A stretch of 64,000 nucleotides of DNA from Klebsormidium nitens (lineage: Eukaryota; Plantae; Klebsormidiophyceae). Of the stretch, positions 36,401 through 47,561 are shown piece after piece. The stretch is taken from assembly GCA_000708835.1 (NCBI GenBank), contig DF237005.1:39943-103942 (forward strand), read 5' to 3'. The translations under genes and the position numbers were made by a program. Under the pieces are notes generated by a model that did not search any database, was not told the origin of the DNA, and saw only the letters and a program-made list of their open reading frames with translations. Position 1 is the stretch's first letter. Each line of letters begins with the position of its first letter.

Positions 36401-39400
36401 AGGGGGCGCAGATGAGGGTCAGACGAAAGCTCCACTTTTAAGCCCTGAAGAATTGACGAATCGTCGGCAGAACCAACTTAACGAGGCCACGCTGGAAGAA
36501 TTCCTCTACGAAGCTCTTCCACAAAGGAAGGCAACCTGCCGAGGAGATAAAGCGGATCAGAGGGGCAGACAATGTTGCCAGTACCACGCACTGAAGAATT
36601 GACGAAGTGACGGTGGCAAGGATCAAGGTCAATGAGATTGCGGTCGAAAAGACTCTCCTCGAAGCTCTTCCACAGTGGGAGACAGCGTGCCAGGGCAAAT
36701 TGTATAGGTTCGAAGGCTTATGATGTGCTAGTATGCGGATGAAATGCACTCCGACGCTGCAAGCGAAACGCGGGGTCAACTTTGACGCTGAAGCCGGTTT
36801 CAACATTGACGCTGAACCTACTCTACAACAGCCTACGCAGGCAAATGTAGCATTGAGAGTCAAGGGTCAAAGGGTTTGCGAAGTTGCAGCAAGTTGCGGC
36901 TGCCACAATCGTAGCCTTATCATGACGACATCGCCAGCCGATGAGACCGCTTTGGCACAGGAATGTAGTAATACTTTCACGCCTGCCGAAGAGGAAGGCA
37001 ACTCTGCAAAACTACTTAGCGAAAACGCAACCGCGATTGGGCGCATGCACGAAAAATTCCTGTACCTGCATGGTGCGCAGCGAGCCCCCGGTAGAGCGGC
37101 CCCACCGCGTGCTCCCGAACGGCGTCCGGATACTTGGCCCGGAACTCGTCCACCGCCGTCCGAACTTGTTCCTCTTCCGGGGGGGTCAGAAGCGCCGCTT
37201 CCTTGAGCTTTGCGACGGCTTGGTCGCACCCCTTGCGAGAGAAGATGAACCAAATGGCCGGCAGCATGTCGCGCTCGTAGAGCTGCGCGAGCGTGTCCCG
37301 GAGCATCGGAATCTGGCGCCGCCGCAGGTCCTTCTCATCCTGGGGAGATTAGAAGTTGGTTCGATTCTGATTGATGGATCTGGGACGTGACTCGTTCTGG
37401 GTGGCTGCTACTTAAGCTTCCTGTGGCTGTCACTTTATGTGCTTAATATCGAGTCGACTGTTTCCTTGGCGTCTCCCGGAGTATTGGAATCTGACGCGGC
37501 CGAAGGTCCTTCTCATCCTGAAGGAGATGGAACAGTTCGACGGTTCGGATCATCCCATGCTCCATCTGATCCTGGATTGCCGATTATCGGGGCCTCTTTC
37601 CTCTTTTTCCTGGAATGGTTCTTTCTTTAGTTGCTCAATGAGTCTCATGGTCTTCGAGCGCGTCTAAGCATTGGATCGGGCGCCGCTGCAGATACTTCCC
37701 TGTGAAGAAGAGAGGTGAGAAAACTGACAAGAACAGGCGCCTTCCAGCCGTCCTCTTGGGGGAAGGGCTCGGCTGAACGATTGGGCTGATGCACACCTAG
37801 TCGAAGTCGACATGCCTTGACAAAGAGCTTGACAGGCTCTGCCCCTCTTTGTCGAACCTTCGGTCAGCCGCATCACGGCGCCAGATCCCATTATCCTTTG
37901 AGCAAATATAGGGCTAAACGATGCCCTTCATACCAGACAGGACGACGACCGCACTCTACGTGCTTCCTGCAGACCCAAACGCACGAAATTCCCACACTCA
38001 GAAAACCACCCAAGGTCTCACCTCTTCCTCCATTTGTCGGCCCCGAAATCGGCCCCCCTTTCCCCGGAAGCTTACTTGGCCATTCCCCCCCCTCAGCGCT
38101 TTTCTATACCCCCTCGGTTCCGGAAACTCCGAGTCTTCGTCCCAGCCCCCCTCCCCGAGGCGCCCGTTTCGGGACGGTACCAACCGCGGGTTGATGGCGG
38201 TCCCGGTTTCGTTGAGCAGGGGGGCGAGCCGGTTGCGAGTGGAGAAGTGCCACGTCAGCGGCACTGGGCGGCGGGTCGAGGTGACCAGTTCGGTGGGGCC
38301 GTGGACCTAAGGAGGGGCGAGGAAGGGTGCGAATAGATTCAGCCAATCTGAGGTGTTAACAGATGATGGGTCGGGAGCAACATTCAGCAAGGCAATGGGC
38401 TTGTGCGATCAGCAAGAGAGGCTCCGGATAAATCGGCCTTCGGTAGTGGCGCAAGCACTGCATGACGCCTAGTCGACAAGCTGACGTTGGATATCTGCCG
38501 TCAGAAATGAGTAGGACGGGGATCTAAGCAAGGAACTTAAGGTGCTCTTTCTCCTCTGGTCGAGTCACAGACGCCTTGCTTCTACGAATCCGTAGTCCAA
38601 CGTGATGATTCCAAACGAGTTTAGTTTTGAACAAATCTCGACAATCCGACCAAGAAAGCGGATTCGATAGTGTTGATTCCTACAACAATCCAGATGCCCT
38701 GTCTTCTCATCTAAAAAGGGGTTGTTAGGCTGATTCTGGCCGTTTTGGGGCTTCCGAGGACCATTCCGCACGAAATCAACCTTTCCGAATATCCACTGTT
38801 CGAACAGAGGATTCTGACTCTCCGACTGTAACTGCTTGATTATCTATTCAAAACCATTCCCTTGGAGTACGGTACACAAATCCAGCTGAAGCCCCTCACC
38901 TGCGCGATCCAGTCTGCGAGCTCTTCTGCGTTGGCCACCGTCGCAGAAAGGCACACGAGGCGGACCTCCGGGGGGCAGTAGATGATGGTCTCCTCCCACA
39001 CGGTGCCGCGCGAGATGTCGCTCAAATAGTGCACCTCGTCCAAAATGACCGCCTCCACATTTGTCAGCCTGGATCGAAGAGATGGTTATGAAAGGTCACA
39101 AGAAGTTACCCTCCGTCAACTTAAGCATTGACTTGTATCTCTGCCCGAGTCTCTCTTGAGGGTTTTTTCAAAGGAAGACCGAGCATACTACGCTTGCTCG
39201 GGGATAGTCCTCGGATGTTCGAAATGCTACCCTCCACGGATCTCAGTAATGGTCTCTCAATTGCCCGTTTAGACCAGTAGTTTAAATCCAGATGAGAAAC
39301 AGGCCTTACAATGCTTGACAAACGGAAACCTGCTACGTCCTGTAAATGCATTACTGAACCAAAGGGGTCAAGATCTTCGAAGGGTCCTGTCTGCGTCCAT

Positions 39401-41319
39401 GGCCTTCGACCTCAACTGTTGTCCTCTGACCGGTCGATTGCAGAAACGAGATGAACAAGGACTGATTCTGACCCCTACGCAATCAAACAATTAATGCCAT
39501 ATACTAGCAAACACCCAAATGGGATCTGCCTGTCCACCACGCAAGTTTGTTAGAAGTATTTGCGCACTGCCACTCGGGCCACACTGGCGCCAGTTGTCTC
39601 AATATCTAAGGCATGCCCTCACTTATTGGAGAACCCTTCCGGCGCCCCCACGCTCGAGTACAGCATGTTCCGCAGGATCTCGGTCGTCATCACCAGGATC
39701 GGCGCCTCTCGATTCACAGACGCGTCCCCAGTGACTAGACCGACGTTTTCCTCTCCGAACTTGTCTCGGAAGTCTCGGAGCTTCTGATTGGACAGCGCCT
39801 TAAGGGGCGTTGTGTACAAGATCCGTTTGCCACGTGCGAGGACCGCCGCGGCGGCCGCTTCCGCAATCAGCGTTTTGCCGCTCCCCGTGGGGGCGCAGCA
39901 GACGACGGAGCGGCCTTCGAGGAATGCTTGGATGGCGAGCCTCTGGAAAGCGGATTGGAGATGGTTTAGATTGGGAAGAAAAGATTTTAAACTGATTTGC
40001 TAGTTTTCGTAGGGGTAATTTCTACCACCAGAGCACGCCTGCAGGTCTCTGTTTTGGGAGAGCTGATAAAGTAGTTTCACTAAGTGCAACTGTCTCAGAC
40101 TGCTCTTGTTATGTTGGTCGATTGGTGCTGACTGTTTGATCACTACCAGCAATAGTACAGGCTGCGACCAAGCCGCTTCGTTGAAGGTTTGCTTCATTAA
40201 AGGCTTGGATTCAAGAAAAGGCTTGGGTAGAAAGTCTTCAGGAAGGTACAGTCAACTGAATTGGAAAAGCATCGAGTTAATCTGCATTCCACAAAGAGAC
40301 CGTTCAAAACTGCTTGTATCTGGCAGCCTCTGCTCAAGCGAAGGGAGCCGGAGATAGAAGGGGACCTAAGATGAAACGGACGTTCTGCTCAAACTGATGT
40401 GCAAGCTATTGCAAAGATCAAGAGTCACTTTCTGTTATTCACTAGTCCACGTTGCACCACTGCAAAGCATCCCCAGCTAACCGCTCACCTGAAACTTGTC
40501 GATTGGAAAGCCAAAGATCGCCTTAATGTCCGCTAGCTTCACCGTCTCCTCGTCTCCCGCTTGCACCCTCTCAATCAACTCCCAAACCCTGTCCACCATC
40601 CGGTTCTCCTGCCACTCCTCCTCTAAACCCTCCCCTAACCCCTCCCTTAACCCCTCCTGATCCGAGCTCTCCCCCAGCGGGCCTTCCCCCAATACAGTCA
40701 GTGCTGCACTAGGCGGTTCACCACTGTCAAAATCTTCCTCGTCTGAAGAGTAACCTTCCGACAACTCGTCATCAGCTTCTCTATCCCAGCGGGATTCGGC
40801 AGCAGGGCGTTCCGCCAAGTCTGTAAACTCATCATCGGCTGGCGCCACCGCTCTGGCGAACTGGGGATTGACATCTGGCGCTCTCCCGCTAGCGCCGGAG
40901 TCTTGCCACCATTCCTCCACACCTTCATTGTCCTCTGATCCCGAGTCTTCGGTCTCCTCAGACTCGCCGAAGCGGGTCAGTGTGTCAGGTCCAACTCTGA
41001 GTGTTCGAAGGCGGCGCCTTGTTGCGCAAGAAGCAGGAGCTCCAAATGAAGCAGGTTTGCCCGCAGCATTGCTCAACAACACATTTGTGGCACATTCTCT
41101 GCTTTCTAATGACGAATAAAACGTCTGATCCCTTCTTTTCTGCGGCGTTTCCAGCAATCTACCCGCCTGGAACAGCAAAGCTTTCTGAGAAGAGAAGCGC
41201 GTCTTTTGCGAGGCTTTGAAGAAAGCGTTGAAGTGGATTGACGAGGAAAAGGAAGGCCTGTTGCCAAAGCGCACGGATTGCATGCAGGCTGACGAACAAT
41301 GTCCTTGAACAGCCTCCAT
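30439..41319 (-). CDS. ISE2: Chloroplast Ski2-like DExH-box RNA helicase ISE2 ortholog, 12 exons
   Basis: Exons 41319-40489, 39942-39623, 39068-38900, 38306-38022 (alternative end 38076), 37339-37066, 36243-36011, 35394-35128, 34663-34490, 34082-33286, 32815-32500, 31728-31493 and 30784-30439 are phase-consistent. Motifs: APTGSGKT, YTTPLKALSNQK, MTTEILRNMLY, DEVHY, LSATVAN, PAIWFIFSRKGCD, FATETLAAGINMPART, QMAGRAGRRG, and DSHCT-type DEGDIARLLRRTIDLL. A plastid transit-like N-terminus is present. Confidence 0.95.
31296..31348. other. Perfect 13-bp-stem hairpin plus a third arm copy in the last ISE2 intron
   Basis: cggcgccgaggtt-gcacg-aacctcggcgccg (31296-31326), then cggcgccgaggtt again at 31336-31348. 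Confidence 0.85.
32155..32380 (-). repeat. Two intronic copies of the 3' end of ISE2 exon 10
   Basis: 32332-32375 differs from 32500-32543 by 2 of 44 nt and is followed by a gtagat donor. A more decayed copy lies at ~32155-32200. Confidence 0.88.
35454..35496 (-). repeat. Intronic copy of the 5' part of ISE2 exon 7
   Basis: gcgaagaggagctgcgcacaggcttccgcgtcctcaaacaggg versus exon gcgaagaggagctgcgtgcaggcctccgcgtcctcgaacgggg; offset 115 bp. Confidence 0.85.
36330..36700 (-). repeat. Three serial intronic copies of the acceptor and first ~70 nt of ISE2 exon 6
   Basis: Acceptor-equivalents are at 36395, 36537 and 36688 versus the real one at 36245 (steps of 150, 142 and 151 bp). The + strand core ttccaca..g.gagacagcctgc is shared. 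Confidence 0.9.
37470..37705 (-). repeat. Degenerate intronic copies of the start of ISE2 exon 5
   Basis: 37475-37519 gtctcccggagtattggaatctgacgcggccgaaggtccttctcatcctg versus exon gtgtcccggagcatcggaatctggcgccgccgcaggtccttctcatcctg (offset 178). A weaker copy lies at ~37650-37705. Confidence 0.85.
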
Positions 41320-41803
41320 GGTAAGGCGCACGGTGTGCAACTAATGCGGCTTAACCAAGCAGGCTCAGACAAGCTAGGAACAGATGTCAAAACCACTGAC
41401 CAAGCAGGACAAAGCGCCCTGAAGTCCTGTCCTCCAATGGCAACAGAGGACGTGTCCTCTCTTCAAGTTCATCAAGCTAGGCGTTCAGCAAGAAGTGCGA
41501 AGAGTTTTTGAGCTGATCAAGAGGCGCCGGAAAAAGTGCACAAGAGCCGGGAAAGTGCAACCGTTGTCGCTTCGTGCCGGCCTGTCCTGCCCGAATGCCG
41601 GTAGCGACAATGGTGATTCAGAAAGAAACGGGAAGGTGAGGCCGGCCATGAGGGCGACCACTTTTAGCTGGAAGAGCACATCAAAATAGGAACAAAATCC
41701 AACTGACAGCAACAGGTGCTGTCTGTTCGTCTAATGATCCCCTGCCGCTTCTCACGTTCCTCTCTCTCAGGGACACTCTGCACCACCTAGCCATCAAGCT
41801 GAA
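41320..41803. promoter_or_regulatory. Probable bidirectional promoter and 5' UTRs between head-to-head ISE2 and FKBP18
   Basis: Divergent start codons lie 484 bp apart (41319 on -, 41804 on +). No specific motif was identified. Confidence 0.5.
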
Positions 41804-44800
41804 ATGGCAGCCGCGCAAGCTTGCTGTGCACTTGGATGTGGAAGCTCGTCGCTCCTGCTCGAGCGGACGCTTTGGAAGCGCCGCCAGCCCCAAAATGTGG
41901 CCTTCCCAGGTGGCTGTAAAAGAAATGCAGGCATTAGCAGAGAGTCTTGTAGATTATCAGGGCTATGGCAATGTGGTCCTATCAATGCCTGTGCCAAGCC
42001 AAACGAAGTTTCCAAAGAAGGAATAAGCAGCGGACCTTCTATCACACTCAGCAGAAGGGCGCTCGCTTCGCTGGCAATTGTGGCCTCATGGCTGAACGTT
42101 TCTCCGGGGCAAGCAAGAGAGTGAGTACATCTTTCGCAGCAGGAGAAGGGCACGCCGGATCAGCTTTTGCAACGTAGCATTTGGTGGACCACAATTAATC
42201 AAATGGCGATTAGGCAGACAGAGCTGCAAACACAAACCAGCAATTCGCTCTGTGAGGTGATGCCACTTCAAATGATCTTCAGGGAGGGAGCCGTAACTTG
42301 CTTCTTGTCTCTGCCTCTGGTGTTGTGTATAGATACTCCTACATCTGTGCTCAATCCTAGCTCACATAGAGCGTTGCTCACCTCCTCTTTTGCTCTCCAG
42401 GAGAAGACAGCAGAAAGTAGATGATGCAGAGTACAGCACAAGCGGTAAGTTTCATGGCTGAATAACCTTGATATGGAGGGCCCAGAATCACCTAGTGTCA
42501 GCTCCAGTATTTCATCTCAAAGCTTGTTTGAGAGGATGGGGCTGAATCTATTTAAAGACTGCCTGGTGGCGAGATGCAGTAACAAGACCTTGCAATGCTA
42601 GAGTCTTCGTTGTGGAGTTGTGAGGTTTACCTGGATGTGGACAGCTCAATTGTCCCTATTCCACGCGTCTATGACTTTGCACCTTGACAGACTCCAAGGC
42701 AAATCAATGTCAAATCTGGATAGCTTTCCTTTCCTGTGCATTTTCGTGGCTTCTGTACCCTTCAGGAGCTCGTCTATCCTTAAAGTCTGAGAGGTGATTT
42801 CTTTTCACCAGTCACTGACTTTGACAGACTCTTAGGGGTAAATCTCAGAAGGTCAGGTATGAGTATCATATCTTGTTCTGTGCATCTTCCAGAGGAAGGT
42901 CTGAAGTACTACGACTTCAATCAAGGACGAGGGCCAGAGGCGGTGAAAGGCAAGAAGGTGGTAGTAAGTCCTCTGCTCCTTGATGTCAGGGTCTCAGATC
43001 CTGACGTTTTCAGGCAATTCAAGGCATGTCTATTGAAGTTTTGGTATGGTGCTATATTCCGTGAGCTGGTTTCATTCTGGTTCCGAGTCGAGTATTTATG
43101 AAGAGACTTTCTCGTCTCTCGACCTGATCATCACATCTCTTGAGAAAAGGCTCTTTCGATTCTTGTTTAACCAGATTGAAAGGAACGTAGCAAAAGTTGG
43201 GAGAACATTTATCTAAGCTTAATTGTATCCTGCTTGTCCGCCTCCTTTAGAGAGCTCTTACCTTAAAAGACCTAGGAAAGACAGCTCCTTCACTTCGCTT
43301 GTTGTCAAAAGCAGATGGTAAGGCATTTGCAAGTCCTGTAGCTTTCAACAAGTGGGAACTGCATCTTTAGGAGGTACTCTTCGGCTACACCGCTTGATTG
43401 ATTGTGTCCGCTTGCAGGTTCATTTTGATTGTGTATATAAGACCCTGACAGTGGTTTCCAGCCGGTCATCAAAACTTCTGGGAGGAAACCGGGTTATTGC
43501 TCAGGTCAGCGATCCCTTGCCTTTTCTAAGGTGGCGCGGGAGGACTTATTTGTACCCGCTGACGGCTTCTGGACCCCTGCTGAGACTGGGGAATATTTCA
43601 AGCTGATTGAAAGTTCGTTACTGTCACTGTCATCAAGCAAACCATCTGCTGCCGTGCCATTCTCAGGAGATGTCCTCGAAGGCCCAGATCCATCGTCATG
43701 GATACAGAATCTTTCGGGCCACTCTTGAAATGCCTCTGTTGTCTCTCTGACAAGCAACCAACTGTAGCCTTCCCCCCTTTAACCAAGCGTGCCTTTGTAG
43801 CCTTCGATATTCCGCCTTAGCTTCCGCCGATTCCGAATTTCCCATTCTCCGAGATCCGAAATTCTCCCGTCCTCGTTGTCCAGCCCTACGAACTAGTGGT
43901 GGGGTCCAAGCCCGGCTCCGAGAGGAAGCGCGACTTTGTAGACAACGCCAACGGGCTCTTCTCGGCTCAAGCAGCCCCCAAGCCCCCGCCCGCACTGTAT
44001 TCAATCGTTGAGGGCATGCGAGTCGGCGGCAAGGTGCGGATCCAAAACAACTGTATCTTTAGCGGTAACTTGAACGCTGTATCATCTCGAGACTTGCAGG
44101 AATCAGCGTGCAGCAGGGCTTCTGTTTCGCTTCTAGGAGCGTTCTTTGACCGACGACTAGGTTCGATGCTAGAAACGATGCTGCAATTATCAAGGGGTAG
44201 AAAGATGTCAGAACGAATGGCAGGAGAGACGAGACTTCCGGCGGATCTCCTCGGTACCCACTTCGGCTTTAACCCCTTCGATCGACGGTCGCATTTAGCA
44301 GATCTGATCAACCTAGACCGTCGATCCTGAAGATTTATAGCTGAAAGCCATTTGCAACATCGGCTTGGGAGTCCATTTTCTCGCGCCTTCCGTTCTGTTG
44401 TTGGTCGATACAGATCTCTGAGCGTTCTTGCATCTGCCGGGCTGTGTGAGTCAGTGTGCCTCCCCCTTTCACACTGTGTCAGGCCACTCGTCTGCTTTAA
44501 AAGGGGTCACCCTTTTCCCGTCTGGTGCAATCAAACTTTCCCTAATTGGGCTTATCCAAGTCGAGTCACAGAGCCGTCAAGTACCGCTGACGCAATCAGT
44601 CATGCTGTTACAAACCGGTGCAGTAGCCCGCGTCTTTGAACTCGTCCCGACCCTGTGCATGCTCCGCTCATCTAACGTCGACTTTATTCCTTCCGCTGTG
44701 ACAGAGGACGGTCATCGTTCCGCCAGAGCTCGGCTACGGTCAAAAAGGAGTAGGAGAAATTCCGGTAAGCTGCCTCTTTTGCCCTTGATATGGTTTCTCC

Positions 44801-45456
44801 TCTGAAAGAGACCAGATACTGTAGTTGTCCAGTCGTGTGGTATACGGTAGTTTGGCCATGGTGTTATGGAACAACAGAGTCTTCCACCGCAGTAATGAAC
44901 GATCTCATACAGAACGCTTTAGCGGGCTGTGAAAGATCTGAAGCGAGGCATCTACTTCATTAGCGCTTGCAAGTTTGGCTCCAGGAAGGGCTGATATCTT
45001 AAGCTGAGCTTGATTCGACCTCAACCCACTTTTCGACAAACGCGGGCACGTAAAATCGACGGCGTCAGGATTCTGACGATCAGGTTTGTGGACGGCAATA
45101 TGATGAGTATCTTGGCAGCGTGACTTGTAAGAAGGATGTGCACGTCGTGCGCTGCAGAGTTAAGATCATCTGGCATCGGCGTTTTTTACAAAGGTCCTCA
45201 GGAAGAAATCGAGGAAGGTGCCAAGGTATAGAGGATGGGTTTTCCCACGTTAAACGCGTGCGCCATTAGGCCACTCAAAATAAGGTCTTTGAAGCGCAAA
45301 GTGATTGTTGAAAGATTGGCGAGGATACTACGCTCGTGTCGCCCTGCACGCGTTTTGCCTCCAACCGGCCCTTTGCTTCCCTCTCTGCAGCCCGGCGCAA
45401 CCTTTGACCTGAACATCGAGCTTTTGGAAGTTGAGGACGTCCGAAAGGACGCCTAG
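41804..45456 (+). CDS. FKBP18: Thylakoid-lumen FKBP-type immunophilin FKBP18 ortholog, 7 exons
   Basis: Exons 41804-42120, 42401-42444, 42893-42963, 43418-43504, 43884-44034, 44705-44764 and 45391-45456. It has a twin-Arg signal (SRRALASLAIVASWL), GLKYYD, VHFDCVY, SKLLGGNRVIAQPYE, ERKRDFVDNANGLFSAQAAPKPPPA (FKBP18-diagnostic insertion, from memory) and VIVPPELGYG..G..EIPPGATFDLNIELL. Confidence 0.93.
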
Positions 45457-47219
45457 GGCTTGTTCGACGGCTGATTTACGACAGCGACCTCGCTTTTTTG
45501 TCAGGCGCAAGTGTTGAGACACTCGAGTCGACTTATACCGTTTGTACGACGTTTTACATCAATGTATGCAACATTGCTTCGTGGTGCGATGTCTCTTGAT
45601 ATTCCACATGGTGTGTATTATCGGCTTGACTGGCGACTGGCATGGTTCTCGATCAAATACCTGCATACGTTGCAAGTCGGGATGCGAAGATGCAGATGCA
45701 GAAATGGGCGACCGGACCGGCCGGCGATCGCGCGCGGGCACGTAACGATCATTGATCAGGTTTTAATCGTTCAATGTAATGTGTGTGCCAAAGGTTAACT
45801 GGCCTTTCAACCTGCATCATGTATATATACCCGATTGCATACTTTCTCTCAAAATCATATACGGCGTTAAGGATGACGGTTCATGGAGGATCAGACCCTA
45901 AGCTTAAACCAATCTATAGCTATAGTCGATTCCCCATTATGCATGGTCACTTCTTCTATACACGCTTATAGGCGCCTGGGCCGGGCCCATATGGGGTTTT
46001 GACAAACAATTGCGGATTTCGGGTACGTTCGGGTATGTTTTTATTCCAGTAACAGAGCACAAGTTACTATAGTAACAATCTTAGGAGCATGTCTAGCATG
46101 CCAGCTTGTTTAGCTACATGACTACAAGCTACCTCATCAGAGTCATGGCGTAAATCACTGGTCTCACTGGGTATAGAGTCAGTTTATCTTATACCCAACT
46201 TATATGACTCGCCGAATACAACTCGGATGCATATAAGAATGTAAGGGAAGCTCGAGAAATATCCGGGTTCGAAAAGCTGCTTATGAGACTCATTGAACCG
46301 CATTTGCTGCAAGTGAAGGTGTGCTGAACAAAGGGAGATCGTGTCGTCCGATCGTCCGACTTTGTGGCAACGTACAAGAGAGTTGCAAGATGCTGATCAT
46401 GTAGGGCTTTTAGTACTTCGACGAGAGCATTCCAGTTGTATGCATGCATGTTTGCACCAATGGCTGTATGAATCAACGGTCGTTTTGTCGATTGGCGGCG
46501 AAGGTGTAGCGGAAATGATGCTCGGCTTTCAAGCTAAATATTCTGGTTCGCATCTTACGGGGCCCCTTGCTGTTCATTTACATTGTCGGTTGAAGATCGC
46601 AAGATCGCCAAGTGCCAATATCGCAGTTGGTACGTTCGATGGATCGAAGCATGGTTCAATAGATGTGTATTCATCTGGAATAAGTTTGCGACTAGTAAAA
46701 TGGACGCTGAATCAGTTATCTTTCAGTCAGTGTAATACAAGCCAGCGAGCATTTGATACTGGGGGCATTTACGTCGAGCAACCGGGAGGCGGTCTGCAAC
46801 GAGTTGTTAGAGACTCCGTGTGTTTTTGATCGGCAAGACGTTTGGTTCAGTTCACAATTATCTGAGGTTGAGTAGCAGGTTTGAAATCTTCAGCAAGCAG
46901 CTTTAAGAAAGCCTTCAGTCTTTAGTCTTCAGAAGTCTTTATTCGTCAAAGTCTTCAGAAATCAACCTTTCTAACCTTTTCTAAAGACTATTAGTGCAGG
47001 TTGAGTCTTTTCTAAAACTTTTCTAAACCTATTCTAGACACTCACCAGAGGGGTTTTCTCCGGGTTTTCCCCCTTCTCACGAACACAGCTCCTGACCTCC
47101 GCACCTCGGGCGCACCTCCCTTCGTCGTATGGTAGGTAAACAACACACTTGCTGGTCACTGCAGGGTCACTGCCGTATCGATTTTGCACGTCGATGTTGG
47201 CCCATACCCGGGCCTCAGT

Positions 47220-47414
47220 TTAGTTGTCCCATTTTCCCAGCAGGTCCATTTCCCTGGCCATTTCATTCAGCTCTGCGCTAACCTCTTCAAGCTGCTTGCG
47301 AATATATTCATGATTTGCGCGCATCTTGACTCCCAGGTCTTTGATTTCTTGTTCGAGTTCCTTCAGTTCCACAGCGCCGGCAGTCCTTTTCCGGACGAAA
47401 AACCAGCGAGTCAT
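47220..47414 (-). other. Short coiled-coil-like ORF, possibly a terminal exon or gene remnant
   Basis: ELKELEQEIKDLGVKMRANHEYIRKQLEEVSAELNEMAREMDLL shows heptad character. No upstream exons or family were identified. Confidence 0.3.
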
Positions 47415-47561
47415 TAGTACGTTGCCATACCCGCTCCTTTGAAGTGCCTGTTGCTTTTGCGACTAGACTGCTTGACGATGCTTGGCCGACCTGCGTTTCC
47501 TTCTTTTCTATCTCTCTGACGTCATTTTCTCCTCGTCTCTCTGATCTGCTGACGTCACCAG

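Noticed and set aside
46189-46829. Transposase or viral gene remnant
   Set aside because: There are protein-like stretches, but with stops in all frames and no motif I can name.
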